64,000 nt of DNA from Promethearchaeota archaeon Loki_b32 (GTDB taxonomy: Archaea > Asgardarchaeota > Lokiarchaeia > Sigyniarchaeales > SOKP01), in assembly GCA_005223125.1 (NCBI GenBank), contig NJBH01000003.1, positions 64,001 through 128,000 on the forward strand. Direction: 5' to 3'. Of this stretch, positions 30,025 through 39,955 are shown piece after piece. Positions within the stretch are counted from its first letter, which is position 1; each line of letters starts with the position of its first letter. The notes under the pieces are model-generated. The model saw only the letters and a program-made list of their open reading frames with translations. It was not told where the DNA came from and ran no database searches. A program made the position numbers and the translations under genes.

Positions 30025-30972
30025 ATGAATAGAGAAATTGATGATAGGAATTACTTGAATTTTCTTTTACAATTTTTAAATGTAGATGATTTGAAACAGA
30101 TTTGCCGAGATTTTGAGATAAAGGGATATTCAAAATTTAAGAAGTCTGAATTAATTGATTTTATCCTTGATTCGTTAGCAGAAGAAGAATTTAAAGAATT
30201 TTTACAAAAAAAAGAAATTGATATTATAACCGATGGAATTAATTTGGCATTGAAGAAAATAAATGGCGAAAATAGAGAAAGTGTAGCAGAAATTAAAATT
30301 GTAAATCCTGAAGATCATGAAATTGAGTTGCTCTTTAAAGGATTTAATTGGGAAGTACAATCATATTTATCAATCACTCCAAAAAATATTCACAATCCTG
30401 AACGTGATTGTGATTGCAGAATAGGGTCAAATATGGGTTTCTGCAGTCATTTTTGGGTTGGATTCATCTATTCATTAAAACAGGATTGGTTTAAACTTAA
30501 AGATTGGTCTCTAACAATTCTACCTAATAATTTTGAAGAAAAGATCAAGTCAATAAAACTCGTTGATGGTCAGTTAGGGGAAAAAGGAGAAAAAATAAAA
30601 GAATCTGCCGTTTTAATTGACGAATCATCGTCAGGGGCAAAACTCATGGGTCATTTAGACTCATCAATAACTGTATATGAGTGTGAAATAACAGAAATTG
30701 TTGAAAGAGAATCTGAATTTCAGGGAAATGTTACGAGATTTTTTATGGTTTCTCTTAAGGATGTTAAGTTTGGTCCAAAATTGAAAAAAGCAAGTGATTT
30801 TCGTGAAGAAGATACAGAAAATGTTGAAAACTTAAAAGTTAGAATTTCAGAAAAATTACAAAGCGAAAATAGCTTAAAAAAAGGAGATAAGGTTAGTTTT
30901 AATGGAAAGCTTGTAAAAGATAATTTTTGGGGTAATGTCGTTAAAAATGTTCGAAAAATTTCAAGAAAATAA
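30025..30972 (+). CDS. HeH/Rho-N-like + SWIM zinc finger + OB-fold-like protein
   Basis: LNVDDLKQICRDFEIKGYSKFKKSELIDFI; CDC-x8-CSH; LKKGDKVSFNGKL. Confidence 0.7.
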   Translation: MNREIDDRNYLNFLLQFLNVDDLKQICRDFEIKGYSKFKKSELIDFILDSLAEEEFKEFLQKKEIDIITDGINLALKKINGENRESVAEIKIVNPEDHEIELLFKGFNWEVQSYLSITPKNIHNPERDCDCRIGSNMGFCSHFWVGFIYSLKQDWFKLKDWSLTILPNNFEEKIKSIKLVDGQLGEKGEKIKESAVLIDESSSGAKLMGHLDSSITVYECEITEIVERESEFQGNVTRFFMVSLKDVKFGPKLKKASDFREEDTENVENLKVRISEKLQSENSLKKGDKVSFNGKLVKDNFWGNVVKNVRKISRK

Positions 30973-30978
30973 ACTTTT

Positions 30979-31842
30979 TTGTCAAACAGCATGTCTAATT
31001 CTATAAATGAAAAAATCTGTATTATAACAGGTGCTAATTCAGGAATCGGTAAAGCAACTGCCCTAGGATTAGCTAAATTAGGGGCAAAAGTTGTAATGCT
31101 TTGTCGTAATAAAACACGAGGTGAAGAAGCGCAGAATGAAATTATAACTAAAAGTGGAAATAAGTCAATTGATTTATTGTTAGCAGATCTTTCTTCACAA
31201 AGTTCCATTCGACAGTTTGTTTCAGAATTTGAAAAAAAGTATGATAAGTTGGATGTCTTAATAAATAACGCGGGTGTAAATCCCAGTAAACGATATGAGA
31301 CAATAGATGGTATAGAAAAAGCATTTGCTATTAATACATTAGCTCCATTTTTATTAACAAATTTACTACTTCCTATCCTTAAAAACAGTGTACCTGCTAG
31401 AATAATTAATGTAGCTTCAGCAGTGCAAAGCAAATCTATTAACTTTGAAAATCTTCAATTTAAAAAACATTTCAGATCGTGGAAAGCCTATTCTCAATCT
31501 AAAACTGCGCTCATTGTTAACACATACGAATTTGCGAGACGCTTAAATGGTACTGGAGTTACCAGTAATTGTCTTCATCCTGGAGCAGTGAAATCAAATA
31601 TTACTCGGGATTATAAAGGTATTATTAAATTTTTTATAAAACTTATCTTTTGTTTTGCAAAAAGCCCAAAAAAAGTGGCAGAAACGTCAGTATATCTAGC
31701 ATCATCACAAGATGTAGAAAAAATAAGCGGAAAATTTTTTATTGACAAAAAAGAAGAAAAATCAAAAGATATTACTTATAATACAGATATTGCTAAAAGA
31801 CTTTGGGATGTATGTGCCGATCTCACGAATATTAGTGTATAA
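30979..31842 (+). CDS. short-chain dehydrogenase/reductase (retinol dehydrogenase-like)
   Basis: ITGANSGIG, LINNAG, YSQSK, LHPGAV; start probably ATG 30991. Confidence 0.95.
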   Translation: MSNSMSNSINEKICIITGANSGIGKATALGLAKLGAKVVMLCRNKTRGEEAQNEIITKSGNKSIDLLLADLSSQSSIRQFVSEFEKKYDKLDVLINNAGVNPSKRYETIDGIEKAFAINTLAPFLLTNLLLPILKNSVPARIINVASAVQSKSINFENLQFKKHFRSWKAYSQSKTALIVNTYEFARRLNGTGVTSNCLHPGAVKSNITRDYKGIIKFFIKLIFCFAKSPKKVAETSVYLASSQDVEKISGKFFIDKKEEKSKDITYNTDIAKRLWDVCADLTNISV

Positions 31843-31909
31843 GAAGTAGGTTTTATTAATAGTACTTGATTCTCATACTTAGCCTAGTTCTTTTAATTAG
31901 GAAATTAAA

Positions 31910-33289
31910 TTAGAGATATTGAGATTTGAGGGAATCAGTGAGATTCTGTAATTTTTCTGATATCTTTACTTCAGCGATATTGATTTTTTCCAGTTTTTTA
32001 TAAGAGTCTGGTAATTTCTTAATATTATCCAAATAAAATTCTTGAATTTCATCTATATCTGGTAATTCTATAATTAATTCACCATTCTTCATAATTGGAA
32101 TTAATAACGCTTCGGAATTTGGAGGACTAGGCTCCTTCTCAAGTGATAACAAATCTTCTTTAAACATCCCATCTTTATCATAAATTCTGTACACTTGTTT
32201 CTTTCCGGGATAAGTTATTTTCTCTTCGCTAACCTTGATTTTAGGATTATTATTATATTCTATTAATTTATATACTCCAGAAATACTAGGATCGTCTCTA
32301 GACGTTGCTAATTCAGTCCCAACTCCAAAGGCATCAATAGGTACTCGCTTATCAATAATCTCTTTTATTTTATATTCATTTAAATCTGAACTGGCAACAA
32401 TTAACACCTTCTTGCATCCATTATTGTCTAAGATCTTTCGAACTTTTTTAGCATGATCAATAAGATCCCCTGAATCTATTCTAACTCCTTTAATATTATT
32501 TCCAAATTTACTAGATTTTTCAGCTCCTATTTCAGTATCATATGTGTCTATTAGAAAGATGGAATCATCTTCATATATTTTATAATATAAATTAAAACTG
32601 TCCATCTCATCATCGAATTTTTGTACAAAACTATGAGCCATGGTGCCGGAAGAATTAATGCCTAGCTCAAGATCTGCAATTACATTACTCGTTCCATTAA
32701 ACCCCGCGATATAACTTGCTCTGGCAGCATATACTCCTGCAAGTGGACTATGTGATCGTCTTGTACCAAATTCAAGAAGAACTTTATCTGAGGCTATATT
32801 CTTAATTCTCGATGCTTTGGAGGCAACTAGTGTTTGATAATTAATTACATTAAGTAAATATGTTTCTACAATTTGAGCATGGAACATAGGTCCCGTTACT
32901 CTCATTATTGGCTCATTTGGAAAGAAAAAATTTCCCTCCTTCATTGCCCAAACATCCAATTTAAACTTAAATTTTGGTAAGTACTCATCAAAAAAACTTA
33001 AATCGATATTTCGAAAAACTTCCTTCTTTCTTAAAAATTCAATTGTTTGTTCTGTAAATCTAGCATTTAATAAATAGTGGATTGCTTGTTCGAATCCAGC
33101 AAAAATTAAATAATTACGATTTTTAGGAAATTTTCTTATGAATAACTCAAATGTGGCAATATCGTTGCTTTCAGTAATATGGTTCTCAAGATTATATTGG
33201 TAATATGCTGCTCCCATTGTCAATTGATAAAAATCTGTAGCAAGAATCATATTCAAATCATTTATAAAACCAGAACTCGTACTATTCAT
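31910..33289 (-). CDS. pncB: nicotinate phosphoribosyltransferase
   Basis: TDFYQLTM, EFGTRR, GTMAHSFV, LIDTYD, GVRIDSGD, FGVGT, VYKL. Confidence 0.95.
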   Translation of the reverse strand: MNSTSSGFINDLNMILATDFYQLTMGAAYYQYNLENHITESNDIATFELFIRKFPKNRNYLIFAGFEQAIHYLLNARFTEQTIEFLRKKEVFRNIDLSFFDEYLPKFKFKLDVWAMKEGNFFFPNEPIMRVTGPMFHAQIVETYLLNVINYQTLVASKASRIKNIASDKVLLEFGTRRSHSPLAGVYAARASYIAGFNGTSNVIADLELGINSSGTMAHSFVQKFDDEMDSFNLYYKIYEDDSIFLIDTYDTEIGAEKSSKFGNNIKGVRIDSGDLIDHAKKVRKILDNNGCKKVLIVASSDLNEYKIKEIIDKRVPIDAFGVGTELATSRDDPSISGVYKLIEYNNNPKIKVSEEKITYPGKKQVYRIYDKDGMFKEDLLSLEKEPSPPNSEALLIPIMKNGELIIELPDIDEIQEFYLDNIKKLPDSYKKLEKINIAEVKISEKLQNLTDSLKSQYL

Positions 33290-33541
33290 CTTTTTCTCAC
33301 CAAAAATTTTCTCTAAGTATTTACTTTATTTTTTTGATTATAAACATTGTATTTTTAATCTAATTGAAATTAAAAATCTTCATGAATTGATAGGAAGAAT
33401 GGAGAACCATTTATTTTATAGTTTATTGATGAATCATATTATCAAAAGTAGGAAACGTAAGAAAATGTTTAAAATATAAGAAAATAATTTTGTATAAACA
33501 GTCTTTTTAATAAATAAATTAGTATTTGGTGTTAACAAAAA

Positions 33542-35278
33542 ATGTACCATTTAGACGATGATGAATATTTAAGTATACCATATTATCGAAAAACACGAAG
33601 TATTTGCCCAGAATGTTTACAACCAATTGATGCAGAAATCTACGAAGAAGATGATCAGATTTGGATGAAAAAATCATGTGAAGATCATGGTCCCTTTAGG
33701 GATAAACTTAGCTCGAGTGCGAAATATTATAAATGGACACATTGGGCCATAAGAGATAAGGATGGAAAGGTATTATGGAAATTTGATAAGGATGGAGACG
33801 CGAACCCACCTGATTGTGTTGGTGACGATCCTAGAGGTTGTCCTTATAATTGCGGGTTGTGCGACCAACATCTCTCAACATGTTCATTGGCATTAATAGA
33901 TTTAACTAATAGATGCAACTTCAATTGCAATTTCTGCTATGCTAATGTCCTCCAATCAGGTTATCTTGTGGAACCTACCTTAGAAGAAATCGATAGAATT
34001 ATGAAGCATTTTAGAAGTAAACCTATACCTGCTGTTGCTATCATGTTTACAGGTGGAGAACCAACTGTTAGAAAAGATTTCCCCGAAATTTGTAAGATGG
34101 CTAAAGATAATGGTTTCAAGGAAGTTATTGTAGCTACAAATGGGTATGGATTTCAGAAGAAAAAAGGTGGTCTCGAGTGGACTAAAAAGGTAAAGGAGGC
34201 GGGTTTAGACACATTATACTTCCAATTCGACGGTATAAACAATGCTACTTATGAAAAAACCAGAGGAATTAAAAATTTAATGTCCTATAAACAACGCGCA
34301 TTAGAAAATTGTCGTAAAGCAGGATTAGATTCTATTGTGTTGGTTGCTACAATCGCTAAAGGAATCACGGATATTGAGGTTGGAAATATCATTCAATATG
34401 CTATTGATAATGTGGATGTTATACGTGGTATAACATTTCAGCCAGTATCTTTATGTGGTCGAATAGCTTTTGAAGAACGAGAGGAACTTCGAATTACAAA
34501 CGCAGATGTTCTTAAAAAAATCGAGGAACAAACAGGCGGGAGGATTAGTATGGAAAACGCATGGTATCCTCTTTCGACTATAGTGGAATTTGGTCGAGTT
34601 GTAGCCTATTTAGCCGATGTTGAACCCATAGAGTTTACATGCCACCCCGATTGCGGTTTTGCTTCGTACTTAATAGTGGATCCGGATTCAGGGGAAATGG
34701 CACCAATAATGGATTATTTTGACCCCTTAAAAATAATTGATTTCGCAAATCGTTTTTGGGCTAAAATTAAACACAAAGAAAAAAAGCCACTTAAACTCTT
34801 TGAAGATTTATTAGGCGATTTTGGTAAAACTCTGGATAATGGTCTCAACTTTTTAGATAAGACACAACTACGTGCCCGTTTCCTTTTAGGTATATTACAA
34901 TACATGAAAAAACCAGGAAAGCTCATGGAAATGTTTACAAGACTTTTAATGCGTGGCGATTGGGAAAGTGTTAGCTCTTTTAGCTATGGAGCGTTGTTAC
35001 TCTCTAGTATGCATTTTCAGGATGCTTATAACATGGATCTTGAAAGAGCTAAGAGATGTATTGTGCATTTTGGTGTCGCTATGCCTGATGGAAGCGTAAA
35101 GGAGATTTCTTTCTGTACAATGAACTCAATCCACAGACCTATTATTGAAAAACAAATTGCCAAGCAAATTACAGCAAAAGTAAGGGATGAGTTTGATACT
35201 ACTACAGGTCAAACATTAGAAGAAATTGGACAAGCAGTAGCTCAAAATGGTGGAATTAAGAAAGAGGAGGGTGTCTAA
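33542..35278 (+). CDS. tes: radical SAM tetraether lipid synthase (Tes/GDGT-MAS family)
   Basis: N-terminal SICPEC...KSCEDHG, GCPYNCGLCDQH, TNRCNFNCNFCYA, TCHPDCG, FQDAYNMDLERAKRCIVH, SFCTMN. Confidence 0.85.
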   Translation: MYHLDDDEYLSIPYYRKTRSICPECLQPIDAEIYEEDDQIWMKKSCEDHGPFRDKLSSSAKYYKWTHWAIRDKDGKVLWKFDKDGDANPPDCVGDDPRGCPYNCGLCDQHLSTCSLALIDLTNRCNFNCNFCYANVLQSGYLVEPTLEEIDRIMKHFRSKPIPAVAIMFTGGEPTVRKDFPEICKMAKDNGFKEVIVATNGYGFQKKKGGLEWTKKVKEAGLDTLYFQFDGINNATYEKTRGIKNLMSYKQRALENCRKAGLDSIVLVATIAKGITDIEVGNIIQYAIDNVDVIRGITFQPVSLCGRIAFEEREELRITNADVLKKIEEQTGGRISMENAWYPLSTIVEFGRVVAYLADVEPIEFTCHPDCGFASYLIVDPDSGEMAPIMDYFDPLKIIDFANRFWAKIKHKEKKPLKLFEDLLGDFGKTLDNGLNFLDKTQLRARFLLGILQYMKKPGKLMEMFTRLLMRGDWESVSSFSYGALLLSSMHFQDAYNMDLERAKRCIVHFGVAMPDGSVKEISFCTMNSIHRPIIEKQIAKQITAKVRDEFDTTTGQTLEEIGQAVAQNGGIKKEEGV

Positions 35279-35566
35279 ATGTCAGAAGAATATGTGGAAG
35301 ATAAAGATGGGATGAAAATCCGTAAATTGGCAGAGTTAAAAACTGTTACAACTAAGGATTATGAAGAAGCTATGCTTAGACGTGTCGAGGAGTTTAAACA
35401 TGCCAAAGGACAAGACTCACAATTTAATGATATCCTTCAAAACACATTCTTTAAGGCGTTTAGTACCGTTTTAGATTTAAAACTCCAAGTTGATAAAACC
35501 CTTGGAGAAGAGAATCTAAAAAAGCTTCATAAAGCAATTGATGATATCCTTTTATTAGGACTCTAA
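35279..35566 (+). CDS. small hypothetical protein abutting tes
   Basis: ATG immediately after the tes stop; SD GAGG inside tes 3' end. Confidence 0.75.
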   Translation: MSEEYVEDKDGMKIRKLAELKTVTTKDYEEAMLRRVEEFKHAKGQDSQFNDILQNTFFKAFSTVLDLKLQVDKTLGEENLKKLHKAIDDILLLGL

Positions 35567-35757
35567 TTTTATTTTATTTTATCTTTTTATTTTCAAGTTT
35601 TTAACAAATTTTTTGAACTAAATTTTTAGATTTGAAAATTGAAACTATATATTTTTCAAAAAGAAATTCTATTTCAATAATTTTTCATTGATTTTTATTA
35701 TACTCTAAAGAATTTTCCAAAAGATATTTTTGAGATTGAAATTTAATTAAGTTTATC

Positions 35758-36840
35758 ATGGTCTACCACATAATCACTTTACCTGTTTCAATTCTTTTTA
35801 TTATTTGCGGTGGTGGTTTATTTTGTTATGCGATTAAATTAAGAAAAAAATTTCCTGAATACCATAATTTTCTAAATAGTATTTGTACATTTATCCTTTG
35901 GATAATAGCCGGATTGTTATATCCAGTCTATTTTTCTACTAATAATCCAAATTTCAAATTCTTTCAATCCCTATCTATCTTTTTCATATGTATATTTACA
36001 CCTAGCTTAATAATCCTCATATTATTTTATCAATTACAGTTTGTTGTCAAAAAGGATCCAGAAATTAAGGAAAAAAGGAATATTAAAGTTTTTCTCGAGA
36101 GTTTTGATAAGAAGGACAAAGAATTAAATAGATCAAGATCATATGATTACAAAACTGATTTACACCGGAAGGCTTTACATTTATTTCCAGCGGGAATTAT
36201 TATCCTATTATGGATTTTCTCAGTATATATTTGGGACGGATTATGGAATGCTGATGAAATTTGGGGTATAAGTGGAGAGTATTATGGAAAGTTTTTAATT
36301 TTAACAGCCGGTTATTCAGGTATTTTAATTTTTGGTGCTCTAGATTATGTGAGACTTTCATTCATCTATGAGAATCGCAATCTATTTCATTTAATACCTG
36401 ATAGCGTTTTAAAATTATTAGGAAAAGCAATGAAACGAAGAGAAAATTATGAATTCATTAGGCCTACAGTTTTAGTATTATCATTTGCGACTATTTTTTT
36501 CTTTCCTTTTGGAGTATTTGCTGCTGCGGTCCTAATAGCTACAATTGGTGACGGGGCTGCCTCTGTTATTGGACTTCGATTTGGAAAAAGACATTTTCCA
36601 AAAACATCAGATAAAACCTTACTTGGATATATTGCTGGATTCTTAGCATCTTTTGGAATAAGTATTCTTATGTTGTGGATATTTGAGTCTCACTTGAGCT
36701 TGAATAAAATTATAATTGTTGCTACACTTGGAGCTATTACCTTTTTCATTATTGATATTTTGAATTTAAAGATTGATGATAATATATTAAATCCAATATT
36801 TTGTGCTTTAATTATGGGATTTTTATATTATTTTTTATGA
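35758..36840 (+). CDS. CTP-dependent dolichol/phytol kinase-like membrane protein
   Basis: HRKALHL, IGDGAASVIGLRFGK, KTLLG, IDDNILNP. Confidence 0.8.
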   Translation: MVYHIITLPVSILFIICGGGLFCYAIKLRKKFPEYHNFLNSICTFILWIIAGLLYPVYFSTNNPNFKFFQSLSIFFICIFTPSLIILILFYQLQFVVKKDPEIKEKRNIKVFLESFDKKDKELNRSRSYDYKTDLHRKALHLFPAGIIILLWIFSVYIWDGLWNADEIWGISGEYYGKFLILTAGYSGILIFGALDYVRLSFIYENRNLFHLIPDSVLKLLGKAMKRRENYEFIRPTVLVLSFATIFFFPFGVFAAAVLIATIGDGAASVIGLRFGKRHFPKTSDKTLLGYIAGFLASFGISILMLWIFESHLSLNKIIIVATLGAITFFIIDILNLKIDDNILNPIFCALIMGFLYYFL

Positions 36841-36909
36841 AATATCAAACTATAAAAATTTAAGTGAGTTCTATTTTGTTCTTCTTAAATAAATATTGGA
36901 GAAAATTAA

Positions 36910-37413
36910 ATGGCTCAATCGGAGGATAGTAAACTGTTTAGCTGTCCAAAATGCGGAACACAGGGTGCTATTATTTTTCTAAAAGCTGAGGGAAATAAAA
37001 TTATTGTAAAACAAAAATGCCCAAAGCATGGAGTGAGAAGTTTTAATATTCCTTTAATGCAAAAAAATCGTTTTATTCCTCATTTTCGTGATGGGGTTTT
37101 TCGGTGTTATCAATGCGGACAAGAAGCTACAGTTATAAGTTCAAAAGCATCAGGTCCTTGGATGTTAATAAAATGTGCTTGTCCAACTCATGGAAACAAA
37201 TTGCCTCTACAAAGAATTTGGAGTACTGTTTACACCGATATTTCTAATAAGGACGCCCCAGCACCACAATCAGTTCAACCACAATCAGTTCAACCACAAT
37301 CAGTTCAACCTCAACCTGCTCCAAGTGACGAAAAGAAGTTTTGTCCTAATTGTGGAACACCACTAAGTGGAACAGATAAACATTGCGACGCTTGTGGCTC
37401 AGAAATAAATTAA
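36910..37413 (+). CDS. multi metal-knuckle protein (two CxxC...CxxHG units + zinc ribbon)
   Basis: CPKC...KCPKHG, CYQC...ACPTHG, PQSVQ linker, CPNCG...CDACG. Confidence 0.8.
   Translation: MAQSEDSKLFSCPKCGTQGAIIFLKAEGNKIIVKQKCPKHGVRSFNIPLMQKNRFIPHFRDGVFRCYQCGQEATVISSKASGPWMLIKCACPTHGNKLPLQRIWSTVYTDISNKDAPAPQSVQPQSVQPQSVQPQPAPSDEKKFCPNCGTPLSGTDKHCDACGSEIN
37263..37307 (+). repeat. 15-bp tandem repeat x3 (ACCACAATCAGTTCA), coding PQSVQ
   Basis: Three exact units read directly. Confidence 0.95.
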
Positions 37414-37451
37414 ATTGAATATTTTTACTTTTTTATTATCTTTTTTTGAAA

Positions 37452-37811
37452 TTAAAAAAATGCATCCATCTTTTTAATTCCCTTTATTTCTTCATAAGTA
37501 ATACCTAGTGGATCTAAGACTTGCTCAAGAGCAGAAATAAGAAGGTCTCTATATTTTTTAATATCTATATCTTGGAGTTTAGCTAGTTCAAGTGCCCTTG
37601 CTCCAATGGATCCCTTACTCTTGATAAAACTTATTGTTTCACCATTTTGGAATTCTTTTCCAGTAGTATTTTTTAATTATAATGCAGCTTTTACATGTTG
37701 AGGAATAACTTTTGTGTAATTTTTAAGAGCCTTCTGTAAGCCAATGTTAATAGCATAATCTTCTAAAGTGAAAGTATTTGGTTTCCCTATCTTCTTTAGA
37801 TTATCTCTTAT
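37452..37811 (-). pseudogene. orphan second copy of the polB 3' end (120 codons, one internal TAA at 37677-37679)
   Basis: Translates IRDNLKKIGKPNTFTLEDYAI...IPQHVKAAL*LKNTTGKEFQ...SALEQVLDPLGITYEEIKGIKKMDAFF*; ungapped ~60% identity to the C-terminus of 40161..43103 by manual alignment. Confidence 0.92.
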
Positions 37812-37821
37812 AAAATAAAAT

Positions 37822-38832
37822 TTAATTTTTTTCAATAAAATCTAATAATGTTGGAGTTCTTTTTAATTCATAAATTTCTTCAATAAATCTTTTCAAATGA
37901 TTAACTAAATTTTTATATTTTATGATATAATTTCCTTGTTCTTCATTGTTAATTGCATAATTTAATTTTACAAACATTTCCATCGCGTCAATTACCCAAC
38001 TTCTTTTTGGAGCTACAAATTGCCTTTCATCATTCGCATGATAGTCCGAGAATTGAGTTCTTAGCCTTTCTGTTAAGTCATCGATATTCACTCGTATCTC
38101 GATTATTTTAATCCCTTTAGATTCCATAAATTCTTCCATTTGTGGATATTGATTAAAAATTCTCGTCCATAAAATTTCCATAGTATATGCAACATTCGGT
38201 TTTACATCATAAAACTTTATTGGATAACGAGGTATTACCTTATTTAATGGAACAAATACAATTGTGCGAAATTTTTCATCTAGATTAACGTCTGTCAAAT
38301 TTCCATATCCTTTTTCTAATGCTAAAGCATAATTGACACCGTAATCTCTATGAAAAGCAATTACAGCAAAATTTTTATTAAAAATCAGCTCCTTTTTCTG
38401 AGATAGATAATCACTTACATGAACTTTCATTCTATAGTGCGTCAAAAGTATGATATCAAAATTATCAATTAATTCATTCTCTGTTTTCCATCCTTTAAGA
38501 TCATCATCATATTTTTGTAATTGTTCAAAATCGTCTTTCCAATGTTCTCTATTTCTGGGAAATGATATTTTTGCTTCACTTAAAATACCATACTCTTCAT
38601 TTAATTGAAGAACCAAATCAGGTATAATTGTATTTTCAGGATTTATACGATTTACCTTTGAGGTATCCATCCTTCGGGCAATAAAACTATACGTATTAGA
38701 TTTGAAATCCATATTCTCATCATCCCATCTTATTACATGAGAAAAACAAATAATTGCTTCTAATGTTTGTTTATAATTATCTATATTCTCTAAGATTTTT
38801 TTAATTCCTCTATTAATTTTGTCTTCTGGCAT
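37822..38832 (-). CDS. putative PD-(D/E)xK nuclease with wHTH-like C-terminus and PIP-like tail
   Basis: IPDLVLQ...ILSEAKIS...EQLQKYD; ends TPTLLDFIEKN. Confidence 0.7.
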   Translation of the reverse strand: MPEDKINRGIKKILENIDNYKQTLEAIICFSHVIRWDDENMDFKSNTYSFIARRMDTSKVNRINPENTIIPDLVLQLNEEYGILSEAKISFPRNREHWKDDFEQLQKYDDDLKGWKTENELIDNFDIILLTHYRMKVHVSDYLSQKKELIFNKNFAVIAFHRDYGVNYALALEKGYGNLTDVNLDEKFRTIVFVPLNKVIPRYPIKFYDVKPNVAYTMEILWTRIFNQYPQMEEFMESKGIKIIEIRVNIDDLTERLRTQFSDYHANDERQFVAPKRSWVIDAMEMFVKLNYAINNEEQGNYIIKYKNLVNHLKRFIEEIYELKRTPTLLDFIEKN

Positions 38833-38833
38833 T

Positions 38834-39955
38834 TTAAGAATAAAAGTCTTTAATAATTCCTTCTCGAAACCAAATAAATATAAAATTACATAATCTTACT
38901 AATGATGCATAAGTAGATCTCATTTGTGGAACAATTGTTATTTTATTATCAGAAAGAATCCAAATATCATAGGAAGAACCATCTCTAAAATCATTGAAAG
39001 AACAATGTAGATATGGATTTAGGTGATAAATAGAAAGAGATGAATATGTGATTTTTTGGAGTGCTTCAATTAATTTCTTATTTTGTTTTTTATCTTTAAA
39101 AACATCAATATTATATTTAATAACGACTGGTTTAGTTTTCAGATTTTCTTCTTTTGTACGTTCTCTATTGTCTAAGATTTTTATATCCGAAGTTACTTTT
39201 GAAATGATATCTCTGACTATATTATTATAAAAAAATCCAAACATTTTATTGCATCTAAAAAATGCATAACGAGAAATTTTACATTTCACATCACTATATA
39301 TATATTTCTTTCTATCATCTTCAAAAGGTTTAATCAAAGTAAATTCAATATAATTAATCCATTCATCATTTTCTCTAGCTTCTTGAAATAATTCTTCGAA
39401 AGGACGATCTGTAAACTTCACTTCTATCTCAAATTCTCGCCTAGCATATTCTTGGACAATTCTGGCTTGTTTTGATAAATGTCGTACTTGTATTTTGGAG
39501 TTTTCTAGTTTTTTCTCTAAATGATGCAGAATTTTTTCCAAATAATTCGAATCTAAAAAAAATCTAGAGATTTTAGGGTAAAATTTATCAAAAAAACTTA
39601 TTATATCATAATGAAAATTTCTATATTTTTCATGAGTGATAAGAATATAAATATTGGGTGTTTTATGTTTAAAAAGGATAAATCTACTAATTCTTGCTTT
39701 CTTACTACCTCTAATTATTTTTGTTAAATTAAATGAATAAATATTCTCTCCCAATTCCTTCTTTTTATATGTAAAATTTTTTAGATTTAAAGTTTCTAAG
39801 ATCTCAAAAATATCAAATTTTGAAGTCAGTATAAGAGTATAAAATTCTTCTCCTATATTTGATAAAATAGATGTTATAGTCTGAATTATTGAATTAATAT
39901 CTTTCTTTTCAATATCATAAAGCCAAGAAAGTGGATCTTCTCTTTTTTTTAACAT
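38834..39955 (-). CDS. uncharacterised 373-aa protein, operon partner of the nuclease
   Basis: Stop 1 nt from nuclease ATG; motif-like C-terminus HLNPYLHCSFNDFRDGSSYDIWIL...IVPQ...SLVRL...FREG. Confidence 0.75.
   Translation of the reverse strand: MLKKREDPLSWLYDIEKKDINSIIQTITSILSNIGEEFYTLILTSKFDIFEILETLNLKNFTYKKKELGENIYSFNLTKIIRGSKKARISRFILFKHKTPNIYILITHEKYRNFHYDIISFFDKFYPKISRFFLDSNYLEKILHHLEKKLENSKIQVRHLSKQARIVQEYARREFEIEVKFTDRPFEELFQEARENDEWINYIEFTLIKPFEDDRKKYIYSDVKCKISRYAFFRCNKMFGFFYNNIVRDIISKVTSDIKILDNRERTKEENLKTKPVVIKYNIDVFKDKKQNKKLIEALQKITYSSLSIYHLNPYLHCSFNDFRDGSSYDIWILSDNKITIVPQMRSTYASLVRLCNFIFIWFREGIIKDFYS

Noticed and set aside
30720-31433. 237-aa minus-strand ORF and the other short overlapping ORFs in the track (e.g. 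331, 925, 1990, 15900, 15947, 42391, 42811, 43139, 54276, 55052, 61824)
   Set aside because: Antisense or off-frame shadows of well-supported genes, with no motifs of their own.
37263-37307. Short repeat array as a possible CRISPR
   Set aside because: No spacers; in-frame coding tandem repeat; no cas genes in the window.
37677-37679. Internal stop in the orphan polB tail as recoding (Sec/Pyl)
   Set aside because: It is TAA at a Glu position, and the fragment has no start or SD; simple decay fits better.
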